Positions 1-9,121 of a stretch of 64,000 nucleotides of DNA are shown here, piece by piece. Within the stretch, counting starts at the first letter, position 1. Each line of letters starts with the position of its first letter. A model generated the notes under the pieces. The model worked only from the letters and a program-made list of their open reading frames with translations. It was not told the origin of the DNA and made no database searches. Source of the DNA: Candidatus Spongiisociaceae bacterium (GTDB lineage Bacteria; Actinomycetota; Acidimicrobiia; Spongiisociales; Spongiisociaceae); NCBI GenBank assembly GCA_965262915.1, contig OZ253564.1:320001-384000 (forward strand). Reading direction: 5' to 3'. The position numbers and the translations under genes were made by a program.

Positions 1-1
1 A

Positions 2-136
2 AGCACTGACCATGTGCTTACGGAAACCGAGTCGGTAGTTGTGCCGTTGTGGGACGGTGAGGATTGGGTGGATGTGTTGGTGTGGGTGGAGAAGCGTAGG
101 GGCGATTCGTTTGATGTGCTGGTCAGCTACGAATAA
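2..136 (+). CDS. 3' end of hypothetical protein (runs off window start)
   Basis: Open frame ...VVVPLWDGEDWVDVLVWVEKRRGDSFDVLVSYE* ending TAA at 134-136, followed by the RBS of the next ORF. Confidence 0.45.
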   Translation, partial: STDHVLTETESVVVPLWDGEDWVDVLVWVEKRRGDSFDVLVSYE

Positions 137-151
137 GAAGGGGAGAACACG

Positions 152-337
152 ATGGCCAACAGACCGGAATGGACGAACGAGGACATGGCCAAACGGCTAG
201 AATGGCTTTACAGGGTCACCGAGAACGCTTTCGCTCTGCTAGAGAGGAAAGGACTGAGCGGAGACTATGAGCCTAGCCTGTGGGACCAGGCTATCGAGCA
301 GACGAAGGAGGACCAGGCTGGGTCGCGCCCTGCCTGA
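152..337 (+). CDS. small hypothetical protein (61 aa)
   Basis: ATG preceded by AAGGGGAG; protein-like composition. Confidence 0.55.
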   Translation: MANRPEWTNEDMAKRLEWLYRVTENAFALLERKGLSGDYEPSLWDQAIEQTKEDQAGSRPA

Positions 338-508
338 TTGCCTCTGCTCTTTAGCCTAACCTCAGATTTCATCGCCTGCCAGACTATCTCACGCTGGCGG
401 TCCATGCGGTTAATTTGTTCGTCGATAGCTTGACGCTTCGCAAAGTTCATAGCCGCTATTGTACTGTGACCACCGTGTCCAGCCGTACTCGCAATGGGAG
501 ATAATAAT

Positions 509-701
509 GGATACACCAGGTCGGGACACCTACCCAGGGCCGATGCGCCGGGCCTTCCACAACGGAGACCCCAGGTGGAAAATTCGCCTAGACCAGCTAA
601 CAGCAGAAGCCGCCCGAAGACGGCTCCCACAACTGAAACGGATTGTTCTACCGGGTCATGAGCCTCCGTCCTTACGCCGTGAGGACCGCTGGCTCAACTG
701 A
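509..701 (+). CDS. small hypothetical protein
   Basis: GGAG RBS before MDTPGRDTY...; no recognised motif; start approximate. Confidence 0.3.
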
Positions 702-1035
702 GTCGAGGACTCCGCAGGAACCCTTCGGGGGCAGCTGGGACGAGATCTGGCAGTCTGTGGCCCGGGCCGACAGCATCGACGTGGAAACAGTCGCCGCCTA
801 CTGCCAAATGGTGGATGGTGGGGCGGCTCTGCGAGCAAAGGTCGGGTTCTTCTTGGACCAGCACCGCGACGAGTGGGGCATCGAAGACGACGACCTAGCC
901 CCGTTCCGTCCCCCTGCCGGCTGTGCGCCCGTCTATCTCGACGCTGCACCCCACCCCCGGTGCCGCTACGTCAGGGAGTGGAACCTGATGGCCCCCGCCG
1001 AGGTTCTTGAGCGCAAATGGGAACTGGTCTACTAA
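700..1035 (+). pseudogene. C-terminal fragment of AbiEi-like (type IV TA) antitoxin/regulator
   Basis: GGSWDEIWQS...AKVGFFLDQHR...PVYLD...WNLMAPAEVLERKWE resembles AbiEi C-termini; no N-terminal wHTH and no AbiEii toxin next to it. Confidence 0.6.
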
Positions 1036-1232
1036 CACCACCCGGACAGGGGGAACGCTCTCGCCCGCCAGTTCCGCTCCGCCCTGACCACACTGGCCGA
1101 ACTCACAGCGAGAGCCGCACCGGCGCAGCGGATGGTGGTTCCCCTCAATCCCACCGAGGTGGAGTTCTTGGACCGGTTAGCCGTCCGGCTAGCGATCGAG
1201 GATCTCGACGCTGCTGTAGGCCGCCGACTGGC

Positions 1233-2399
1233 CTAGAAGCCGAGGGACAGCCTCCGGTCGGGGCCGCGGTCGTCGGCGTCGTCGACCTGGTAGTGGAGGC
1301 AGTGCGCTCCCAGCGTCTGGCAGGCGCATTCGCGGTCGCCGGCCAGCGTCGTGTCGGTCACCCGCCCGGCCCGTTGCGGGTCTCCCGTCATAGCAGCCAA
1401 CGTTCCCAGGTAGTCAACAGCGGCGTGGGCCGTTTCGTAGCTGGGGTAGGGAAGCGACGTGCGGATGACCGTCCCGGAGCGCCGGCGGGCTTCCAGCCGC
1501 CAGGTGTCGGGCGGTGTCGGTGGGAGGATCCGGACTGTGGCCGCGGCTTCGTCGTCTGTTGGGGGTATGTGGCCGACGCCTTGGGCTCCCCGCCAGGGCT
1601 GCCACCCGTCGAAGCGGATCGGGTGTGCACCGTTGACGACGCGCAGAGCGAAGTCGCTGGCGTCGAGTGCCGCCTTCTCTGTCGGGTACGGTGCCGAGTG
1701 CCCCAGCGGCGCCCCGTCTTCGTCGCGGGTGACCATCTCCCATCCTTGCGTTGATCGGGGGTTGGGCCGCACACTGACCGACACCTGGTTGGCCACCGGG
1801 GCGGCCAACTCGTCGAAGTGGTGGCAGCGCCGCTCCAGCTGTGGGCAGTCACATTCCCTGTCGATGCGGACCTGTCGGGGCTGCACCTGGTCGACGGAGC
1901 GGAGAAAGCCCACCGCCATGTCGGCTGCCCGATACGTCGGGTACAGGTGGGACTCCGCTTCCAGATCCCCATCCGGACGGTACGCCACCAGCTTCCACCC
2001 GTAGGGGACCGGCACCGGACGCACCCTCATAGCGTCGCCCCCCAACCGCCGGGGGCGGTACTCGGATCCCGGCTCCCAGTTAGCGAACCGAAGCGGGAGG
2101 CGGGCGCTGACCAGACCCGCAGCGAAGTCGCACGCCGCCGCAGCGTCGGACTCCGACGGGTACCTGCCCGAGGTCGCTACCGGCTCACCGTCGGGGTGGC
2201 GCACCATAAGCGTCCAACCCCATTCGGCGTCGTCTGGCTGGACGGTGAGGGAGGGGTAAGCCGGCTTGGTGGCGCTGGGCTGCTCGGGTACAAACGACGG
2301 CTCGCCTGGCTGGTCCTGGGACCACTCTTGGGGCTCGTCCCCGATACGTCGTCGGAGAGCAGCGCCGGCGGTTAGGAACCTCGCCCGCCACCCCTCCAC
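1233..2399 (-). CDS. protein with four DUF1508/YegP-like repeats and two SWIM-like Zn fingers
   Basis: Four W-x-L...G...S-x-x-YP[ST]...A units; CDCPQLERRCHH and CACQTLGAHCLH. The longer ORF start (2651) lies inside an IS21 remnant, so GTG at 2399 or 2411 is preferred. Confidence 0.6.
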   Translation of the reverse strand: MEGWRARFLTAGAALRRRIGDEPQEWSQDQPGEPSFVPEQPSATKPAYPSLTVQPDDAEWGWTLMVRHPDGEPVATSGRYPSESDAAAACDFAAGLVSARLPLRFANWEPGSEYRPRRLGGDAMRVRPVPVPYGWKLVAYRPDGDLEAESHLYPTYRAADMAVGFLRSVDQVQPRQVRIDRECDCPQLERRCHHFDELAAPVANQVSVSVRPNPRSTQGWEMVTRDEDGAPLGHSAPYPTEKAALDASDFALRVVNGAHPIRFDGWQPWRGAQGVGHIPPTDDEAAATVRILPPTPPDTWRLEARRRSGTVIRTSLPYPSYETAHAAVDYLGTLAAMTGDPQRAGRVTDTTLAGDRECACQTLGAHCLHYQVDDADDRGPDRRLSLGF

Positions 2400-2416
2400 G
2401 GTCCTCCCCACGGTGC

Positions 2417-2745
2417 TGTTGACGATCATTGAAAATCCCCAGACTCGATCACTGAAAATCCCCACCCTGTGACGGCAAATACCAGACGTTGAGTGGGGCC
2501 CTCTCCAAGCTGCTGACTGAGAGATTCGGCAGCGAGGAGAGGGAGCCCTGCCCCTGATGTTGGCACAGGAGGAATACGTGGAAGTACACGCGTTGAGGAA
2601 GCGAGGCTGGTCGATCTCGGCTATTGCCCGCCATCTGGGAAGAGACCGCAAAACAGTGCGTGCCCACCTGTCAGGTGAGCACGTGCCGGGCCGGCGGAGG
2701 CCGGCGGAGCCGGATCCGTTCGATACCTTCGAGGCTTATGTTCGG
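2417..2745 (+). mobile_element. IS21-family left-end remnant with truncated istA
   Basis: TGTTGACGATCATTGAAAATCCCC end with internal repeat CGATCA(T/C)TGAAAATCCCCA at 2423 and 2446; ORF from 2557 MLAQEEYVEVHALRKRGWSISAIARHLGRDRKTVR is an IstA HTH that stops matching after ~63 aa. Confidence 0.85.
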
Positions 2746-2994
2746 CTACTCGGCCCGGTCGTCGTCGGTCGTAGACCGCCCGACGAGGTACACGACCGCT
2801 AACAGGCACGCGGCCCACAACACAACATCCCACCACTGCGGGGCCGACCACAGCGAGGCCCGGTTGTCTGCCCCCGGTCCCCCAGCCCCCAGACGCGAAG
2901 CCCATGCTGCACCAGCGACGACGAGACGAGCCGTCGATACTCCCAGGGCAAAGAGGGCGTACGGTAGGAGCCGCCGGGCCCGGGCGGAGTTCAT
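2746..2994 (-). CDS. small membrane protein
   Basis: MNSARARRLLPYALFALG...WWDVVLWAACLLAVVYLVG has two hydrophobic segments; ATGA overlap with the upstream XRE gene. Confidence 0.55.
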   Translation of the reverse strand: MNSARARRLLPYALFALGVSTARLVVAGAAWASRLGAGGPGADNRASLWSAPQWWDVVLWAACLLAVVYLVGRSTTDDDRAE

Positions 2995-3413
2995 GGCGTG
3001 CCTCGGCGGGTGCCGTCGCCCACGCGGCGGAGGGCCTCGAGGACAGCAGCCTGGTGGCGGGGGGGGATGGCCAGGCCGGATTCCCACCGTGACCACTCCG
3101 CTGCGTTGATACCGGCCCGTTGGGCTGCTTCGGCTTGGGTGAGCCCCGCCGCGTAGCGGCGGCCGCGGAGGGTGGTGACGTCGACGAGGTGGCCGGCGGG
3201 GATGTCGAGGGCGGCGGCGAGGTCTGCGAGTTGGTGGGCGTGGGGGGTGGTCTCGCCCCGTTCCCATTCGTGGATGCGCTGGCGTTGTGTTCCGGCTTTG
3301 TGGGCGAGTTGGGTGGGTGTGAGCCCGGCGTGCAGGCGGGAGGCTCGGAGCTTCCCGCCTGCGAAGGGGGCCCGGTGGCTGGTTGGCGCCATCGCCGGGA
3401 GCCTACCCCCCAT
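2991..3413 (-). CDS. tandem XRE-family HTH regulator
   Basis: Two HTH_3 units: GLTPTQLA...IHEWERGETTP and GLTQAEAA...WSRWESGLAIP. Confidence 0.85.
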   Translation of the reverse strand: MGGRLPAMAPTSHRAPFAGGKLRASRLHAGLTPTQLAHKAGTQRQRIHEWERGETTPHAHQLADLAAALDIPAGHLVDVTTLRGRRYAAGLTQAEAAQRAGINAAEWSRWESGLAIPPRHQAAVLEALRRVGDGTRRGTP

Positions 3414-4705
3414 CCCCGCTCCCGCCGCCGTTGGTGGCGGGTTCGTAGAGGCCGAGTTGGGCGGCTAGCCCTGCGATGATGTTGTACTCGTGGGGGTGGC
3501 GGTCGGCCCACCAGTGGTTGTGGAGCATCCGGTCAATCTTTTGGCGGATGAACGCCCGTGCCAGGGTCGGGGCGTCGACCGCGGCGATAGCTTCGGGTGG
3601 GTACTGCCAGGCGATGTCGCGGGTGGTGTGGTCGTGGGGGATGGGGATGAGCCGGTCCCCGTCCGGTACCTGCTGCAGGCTGCCCAGTGCCAGCACCCGC
3701 AGGGCGGTGTCGCACACGGTGGCCTCGTCGACGGTTTCGAGCCGGTCCCCAACCTCGAACATCAGCCGGGCGTAGGCGGCGGTGGCTTCCGCTTGGTGGG
3801 CTTTGCGGTCGGCGTCCTCTTGCGCTCCGATAGCGTCGTAGTCGGGGAGCTGCAGCCCGGAGTCACCGCCCGGCTCGTGGCGGCTCCGGTCTCGACACGA
3901 CGGCCGCTCCACGATAGGCGACCCCGGCCAGTCCCGGCTGAGGACGATGACATGGCAGGGCTCGGCCGTGTGAGCGTCCGCATCGAGGTCCCACAGTTGG
4001 CGCAGCGCCGTGTGGTCGGGGTCGGACCAGTACCGGCTGACGATGGCCGCTTTGTAACCGTCGGCTCGTATCTCGCTCACACGGGCTTCGAGTTCGTCCC
4101 TCGACTCGGCCTCTTTCAGCACCGTCTCGGTGGCGTGGACCGGCTTGGTAGCCAAGCTGGTCAGCTTGTGGGGTCCGACGTTGCGGTCGGCCAGGCGGCT
4201 GATCTGGTAGGCGTGGTCGACGGTGATGTCGCCTGCCCGTACCTTCTCCTGCACTTCGGCGGGTAGGGCCAGCAGCCGGAGCCGCTTGCTGACGTGGCCC
4301 TTCGAGCGGCCGACCCTGCGGGAGACCTTGCCCTGGGACCAGCCCGCCTCGACCAGCATGGCGAACCCGCGTGCCTCGTCGATCGGGTCCAGGTCCTCGC
4401 GGACCAAGTTCTCTACCAGGGTGGCAACCAGGCGCTCGTCGTCGCCGCCGACATCGACCACCACAGCTGGCACCCGGCTGAGGCCGGCCTGCTCCGCGGC
4501 GGCCACCCGACGGTGGCCCGCTACCAGCACCCACCGGCCGCCGCCGTTGGCGCCGTGGCTGGCGACCGTGACCGGGGTGTTTCAACGATCGTCAACACAC
4601 GGACTCCACCAGGGTGTCGAGGTCCCCAAGCCCGGTACGCACGTTGCGTCCCCGGTCCAGGTCCCCAATGTCGACCACCAGTACCATGCTCTGCTGTTCT
4701 GCCAT
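3403..4705 (-). pseudogene. ParB/Spo0J-family protein, disrupted by a 22-bp IS21-end-like sequence
   Basis: N-terminus MAEQQ...NVRTGLGDLDTLVESV from 4705 (RBS GGAGGG), then a stop and frameshift at 4576-4597, then PVTV...LVAGHRRVAA...ENLVREDLDPIDEA and an HTH. Confidence 0.85.
4576..4597 (-). repeat. isolated IS21-type terminal inverted repeat
   Basis: Minus strand TGTTGACGATCGTTGAAA matches the 2417 end TGTTGACGATCATTGAAA at 17/18. Confidence 0.75.
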
Positions 4706-4940
4706 GATGCCCCTCCCTAGTTGCGTCCGCTTTACATAGAAGATAACACGGACCTATGACAAGTCTACGGCTGGCGGTGGGGCTCTACCCGAAACCGCTC
4801 GCCCAGCCCGGCGGTCTCCGCTCGATCCGGTTCGGGCGGGCATCCGAGTGCATGGCCACGTTCTCCCGGCCCTCAAAACGCCTCCTAGCCCTTCCGGTTA
4901 CGTTGGGTAACGTTCCGCATCCCGTTTTCGGGGGCTGCGG

Positions 4941-4963
4941 GGCCGTTTCCGACGGAAACGGCC
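4941..4963. promoter_or_regulatory. perfect 10-bp inverted repeat GGCCGTTTCC-gac-GGAAACGGCC (terminator or parS-like site)
   Basis: Seen directly; 25 bp downstream of the 4989 stop and upstream of parB. Confidence 0.4.
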
Positions 4964-4988
4964 AAGGGGCTGCCGGGCGGGCGGCGTT

Positions 4989-5552
4989 TCAGCCGAGGCC
5001 GGGTGGGAAACGGAAGGGCTGGCCGGCGTGGTCGGCGGTGAAGCTGTCGAACAGTGATGCCGGTGGTGGTTGGGACTCGGCGAGTAGCGCGCCGATCCAT
5101 CCTTCGACGTGGCCGAGGTCGCTGCGTGTGACGGTGCTGATCGTGTCGAGGTGGTGGTGGAGGCAGCCGGGTTCGAGTTGTGTGGTGGCGTTGAGCGCTT
5201 CGGTGGGTGGCCCTTCGGCGTGCCAGACACTGACGCTGGGGTCACCGAGTTTGGGTGCCGTCTGCCAGAACCGTACCTCGATGTGGTAGGCGGTGAGGAA
5301 CGCCGCAGTAGCGCCCCTCGTTTCGCCGGGTGGTTCCTCGGCCCAGCGGCGGGTGAACCCGTCGCCTAGGAGCAGCCGGACGGGACGGCCGTTGGGAACG
5401 ACGCCCGCCAGCCAGACCAAACCCACCGGGGCGGCTACCTCGACTGCCACGGTGAGCCGCCCGTGGCTGCTGCGCAGGAACTCGGCTATCCGCTGGGCGG
5501 ACGAAACCGTCGACCACGGCCTGTCGGCGACGTTGGGGGCGGGCTGGTTCAT
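4989..5552 (-). CDS. hypothetical protein, possibly a degenerate PLD-fold domain
   Basis: LTVAV..A...GLVWL...RPVRLLLGD...EVRFW pattern recalls PLD-like nuclease domains, but HxK and GSxN are absent. Confidence 0.45.
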   Translation of the reverse strand: MNQPAPNVADRPWSTVSSAQRIAEFLRSSHGRLTVAVEVAAPVGLVWLAGVVPNGRPVRLLLGDGFTRRWAEEPPGETRGATAAFLTAYHIEVRFWQTAPKLGDPSVSVWHAEGPPTEALNATTQLEPGCLHHHLDTISTVTRSDLGHVEGWIGALLAESQPPPASLFDSFTADHAGQPFRFPPGLG

Positions 5553-5601
5553 GGTTACCGAGCCTAGCCCCGGGGGCCTGCCCTACCTCGGGTTTGGCTG
5601 G

Positions 5602-6399
5602 TCAGCCGCAGACCTCGGCCAGCGACTCGAGGACGGCCATCTCGTCGGGGTCGGCAGACAGCCCCCAGGTGGCTTTTACCTCGATCCACACCGCGACGTA
5701 GACGCACCACACGTCCTTGTTGGGGGGCAGCCACCCGGCGGGGTCCGACGCTGCTTTAGCCATGTTGGACGCCGCGCTGACAGCTACCAGCCCGTCCTCA
5801 GCGTTGGCGAAGGCCTCCCGCTGCTCGGCCGTCCACAACCGCGCGCCGGACTCCCACGCCTCGGCCAGCGGTACCAGATGATCGATGTGGAGGTGGTCGG
5901 GGTTCGTTGTCGTGGCGTCGTCGTACGCCGACCACCAGCGCCCCTCGACCACCCGGCACACCCGCTCCGGATGCAACACCACCTCGGTGTCGGAATCGCG
6001 GATCAGGACTTCTTGGCGTGTGTCGCACCCGTCGCCGTCGCCGTCGATCCAATGGGGGAACAGATCCCGGTCGTAGCCGCCCCACACCTCCGCCCCCACG
6101 ACCAGGCGGGACGGGTCAACAAGACGGGCGGTGGGCGGCGGGCCGGTAGCGTCGCTGCCGGCGGCCCCCGCCGTGGTGGTAGAGGAGTCCGGAGCAGCGG
6201 CGCCGGTGGCGTCCCCCGAAGACGTGGAAGCCGCCGTGCTGGTCGGGGTGGTGGCCGCCAGGGTGATGCGCAGCTCCCCCTGCGGTGTGTCCACCACGAT
6301 GGACCCCGGCACCTCGGGTGCCGGGTTCTGGCCTGCCCCACAGGCTGCCAGCCACACCGCTAGGACCACGACGGCCAGCGTCCCCAGCCGGGGGGTCAC
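5602..6399 (-). CDS. DUF1524 HNH-type nuclease lipoprotein
   Basis: Lipobox LAAC, Thr/Ala linker, YDRDLFPHW, CDTRQEVL, IDHLVPLAEAW, SNMAK, DPAGWLP; GTG overlaps the upstream stop (GTGA). Confidence 0.85.
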   Translation of the reverse strand: MTPRLGTLAVVVLAVWLAACGAGQNPAPEVPGSIVVDTPQGELRITLAATTPTSTAASTSSGDATGAAAPDSSTTTAGAAGSDATGPPPTARLVDPSRLVVGAEVWGGYDRDLFPHWIDGDGDGCDTRQEVLIRDSDTEVVLHPERVCRVVEGRWWSAYDDATTTNPDHLHIDHLVPLAEAWESGARLWTAEQREAFANAEDGLVAVSAASNMAKAASDPAGWLPPNKDVWCVYVAVWIEVKATWGLSADPDEMAVLESLAEVCG

Positions 6400-6647
6400 C
6401 CTTCGCGAACCGCTTCCGCCGGCGTTGCTGTGTGTGCGGCCCGTCCGGCGTCGCGGTGTTGGCGGACAGCGCGGGGGGTCACTCCCATAACCCGTGCCAT
6501 GTGCTTGAGGGTTACGCCGGCCTCGTCGGCCCGCACCACAGCCCGGCGGAACTGGGCGGTGGCCACGTCCACGGCGTGGATGCAGTCCGCCCGCTTCGAC
6601 CACAACTGCAACAACTCCGACAAGGCAAGGTTTTTCGCTGGATCCAC
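6396..6647 (-). CDS. small HTH protein
   Basis: AGVTLKHMARVMGVTPRAVRQ HTH-like; GGGGGA RBS. Confidence 0.6.
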   Translation of the reverse strand: MDPAKNLALSELLQLWSKRADCIHAVDVATAQFRRAVVRADEAGVTLKHMARVMGVTPRAVRQHRDAGRAAHTATPAEAVREG

Positions 6648-6752
6648 CGCAGTCTCCCGATCCCCCCAATACGTCCCGCTGGTGTTCCACTATAGGACAG
6701 GAACTCGCCGATCCGTCAGCTACTACCTCGGGTCGGGGAGCGCCGATGCTGG

Positions 6753-8030
6753 TTAGAGGGACAGCGCGAGGGCGGGGGTCTGGGGGTGGTGGTCGGCGGG
6801 GTCGAGCAGCGAAGCGGCTCCCAGCACCCGCTCGACGGGCAGCCCCGTGAGAGCCGCCGCCGCGGCGGCCAACTCCATGCGGGTGGCCGGGTCTGGTTGG
6901 GCGGAGATCACTTGGTGGGCGGCGGTGAGCTTGCGGCGGCGGGCGTCGAAGCTGCCCGCCCCCCGGTAGCCCGCCAACGTCGACACCAGCCGGGCCTCGG
7001 GCAGCGGCGTCGCTGAACGGGCGGCGGCCACCACAGCCTGGCGGGTGATATCGGCACCCTCGCCCGCAGGGGCCTGAGCGACGTACAGGTCGAGGTCGTG
7101 GCCACCGGGGTCGCTGTCGAGGAGGTGTCGGGTCGCTGCGTCGTTGGGGGTGAGCACCACAGCCCGGTCGCACCACCTCGACAGGGTGGCGACCTGGTCG
7201 GCTGTGGGGTGCGGGCCGCACGGAGCCACCGTGTTGGCCAGCCCGACCCGGTGGTAGGCAACCACCGTCGGATAGCCCGACACCACCACAGCGGTGGCTT
7301 CGCGGGCGATGGGCGACCGTGCCTGGCCGAACCCGAACAACGATCGGCCCCCCCGGCGGGGATGCTGCACACCACCGTTGCGGTCCTCAGCCGCGAAGCC
7401 CGACACCCGTTCGGGGCCGGTTACCACCGGGTACAGAACCCGGCCGAAATGCTGAGCGAACGGACGGCCGGGGCCGCGGCGGGCAACGCCGGCGGCCACC
7501 ATGTCGGGCTCGGACACGCCCAAGCGTCCCAGATGCTTCGGTATCACTGTGGGGTCGGTCGGTGCCCACCCGATGTGGAAAGCCCGCACGTCGTCGCTGC
7601 GGTAACGGTGCGTCCGTCTCAGATACGCCCGAGCCGCCGACCCAGAATCGTCGCTCACCAACAGCTGGTGGCAAAACATTGCGGCCTGCCAGCGGACAGC
7701 GTCGAGGCGCTGCGCCCGGCTGGGCCGTGCCATCGACGGGCCCAGATCGACACCTGCCCGGCGGGCTAGCAGATCGAGCGATTCGCGGAAGCCGACACCG
7801 TGGGTTTGCTGCACCCATGTCAGCGCATCCCCCGACGCGCCACACCCGAAGCAGTGGTAGAGCCCCCGCTCGCCGTCCACCGACATCGCCGGGGTGTCGC
7901 TGTTGGGATGGAACGGGCACATGGCCATAACCGACGCGGCGCCCCCGGCCCGCCTCACCTGGGTGACCTCTCCGATGAGGTCGACGAGGTCGGTAGCTTC
8001 TCGGACCAGCACCGCCGCCGCCGAACCCAT
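6753..8030 (-). CDS. DnaG-like protein (CHC2 Zn finger plus degenerate TOPRIM)
   Basis: CPFH...LYHCFGCGASGD; ARAYL...FHIGWAP; TOPRIM motifs read VVSGYPT and LTPNDAA instead of VVEGYxD and DGD. Confidence 0.85.
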   Translation of the reverse strand: MGSAAAVLVREATDLVDLIGEVTQVRRAGGAASVMAMCPFHPNSDTPAMSVDGERGLYHCFGCGASGDALTWVQQTHGVGFRESLDLLARRAGVDLGPSMARPSRAQRLDAVRWQAAMFCHQLLVSDDSGSAARAYLRRTHRYRSDDVRAFHIGWAPTDPTVIPKHLGRLGVSEPDMVAAGVARRGPGRPFAQHFGRVLYPVVTGPERVSGFAAEDRNGGVQHPRRGGRSLFGFGQARSPIAREATAVVVSGYPTVVAYHRVGLANTVAPCGPHPTADQVATLSRWCDRAVVLTPNDAATRHLLDSDPGGHDLDLYVAQAPAGEGADITRQAVVAAARSATPLPEARLVSTLAGYRGAGSFDARRRKLTAAHQVISAQPDPATRMELAAAAAALTGLPVERVLGAASLLDPADHHPQTPALALSL

Positions 8031-8069
8031 GCTGCCCTCCCTTCCGGTAGCTTGATGGGGTTTGTACAC

Positions 8070-9110
8070 CACCGGGCCGGGCGCGACCGTACGACTAACC
8101 GTGCGAGTAGCCCCCAAACCGTGCGACTAACCGTGCGTCTGTCTCTGACCTGGGGTTTCGCGGACGCCGCCTGGGGGATGTGAGTCCCTGCTGCGGGTGG
8201 CTACTCGGCACAGCCGACCTGCCGGCAAGCAGCCTTCCTCGAGGAGTACGAAGCGCCCGTGTCTGGTCGGGCGGGGAAAGCACGGCGAAACAGCCGGGCA
8301 GCTTCCGCCGGTCCACACGCCCAGGCCGCCTCCCCTACGGCGAGGGGATCCGGTCGACGTAGGAGCTGGCCGAAACATGACGCATGGGACGGCTCCAGGG
8401 GTACCACCCGCGTGGGTAACAGCGGTACCCCCCGGGCCGCCCGCGCTGGCCAAACCGTGCGTTTACATCCCCAAACCGTGCGACTAACCGTGCGTCTGTC
8501 TCTGACCTGGGGTTTCGCGGGGCAGCGGTGCCGGCTCCCCGGCCGGGCCGACGGGGCGTGTCACCTCCCCCCCTCCCCAGGGTTACAGGGGTACCCCTGG
8601 GCGGGAAGCCGCAGAAGCCGGGCTCCACCTCTACGCGGTAGCGGGTAACGGGGGGATTTTGGGGATCTGGGTGGGCGGGTGTCGCCGTGTTGGGGCCGGG
8701 CCTTGGGCGGGGCGGGCCCGGTTTGCCCAGACCCGGAAGGGCCGGCTACTTGCCTCGGGAGGACGGGTGTGGGTCTGGGTGGGCTGTGTGCCGGGGCGGG
8801 TATTGGTGGGCTGACCTGGGGGTTTGGGGGTCTGGTCGGGGTTGGTGGCGGGGTGTACGGCGATAGGTGTGTGTGTGGTCGGGATGGGTGGTTCGGGTGT
8901 CGGGTGGTTGGGATGGGTGGGGCGGTGTCGGGTGGTTCGGTGCCGGGGTGGGTGTCCGGGCGGGGGGTGTACCGGGGTATCGGTGGTTGTGGATAAGTGG
9001 GGGTACTTGGGTATCTCTGGGGTTGGGTGCGGGGAGGGTGTTTCGGGGCCGTTTATGCGAGGCACGTTTGCATTAGCAAATGCGGCCCCCAAGATACCGC
9101 AGTACCCCGT
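8070..9110. repeat. non-coding repeat module, copy 1
   Basis: 52-bp exact direct repeat at 8112-8163 and 8469-8520; ACCGTGCG iterations; GGTAC/GGTAT runs; inverted homologue at ~16320-17320. Confidence 0.8.
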
Positions 9111-9121
9111 TTCGGAAGTAT

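Noticed and set aside
6400-7221. N-terminal extension of the 539 aa nuclease ORF
   Set aside because: Overlaps the HTH and primase genes; the signal peptide begins at GTG 6399
8081-8520. CRISPR-like repeats
   Set aside because: Only two direct copies 357 bp apart with internal iterations; not a repeat-spacer structure
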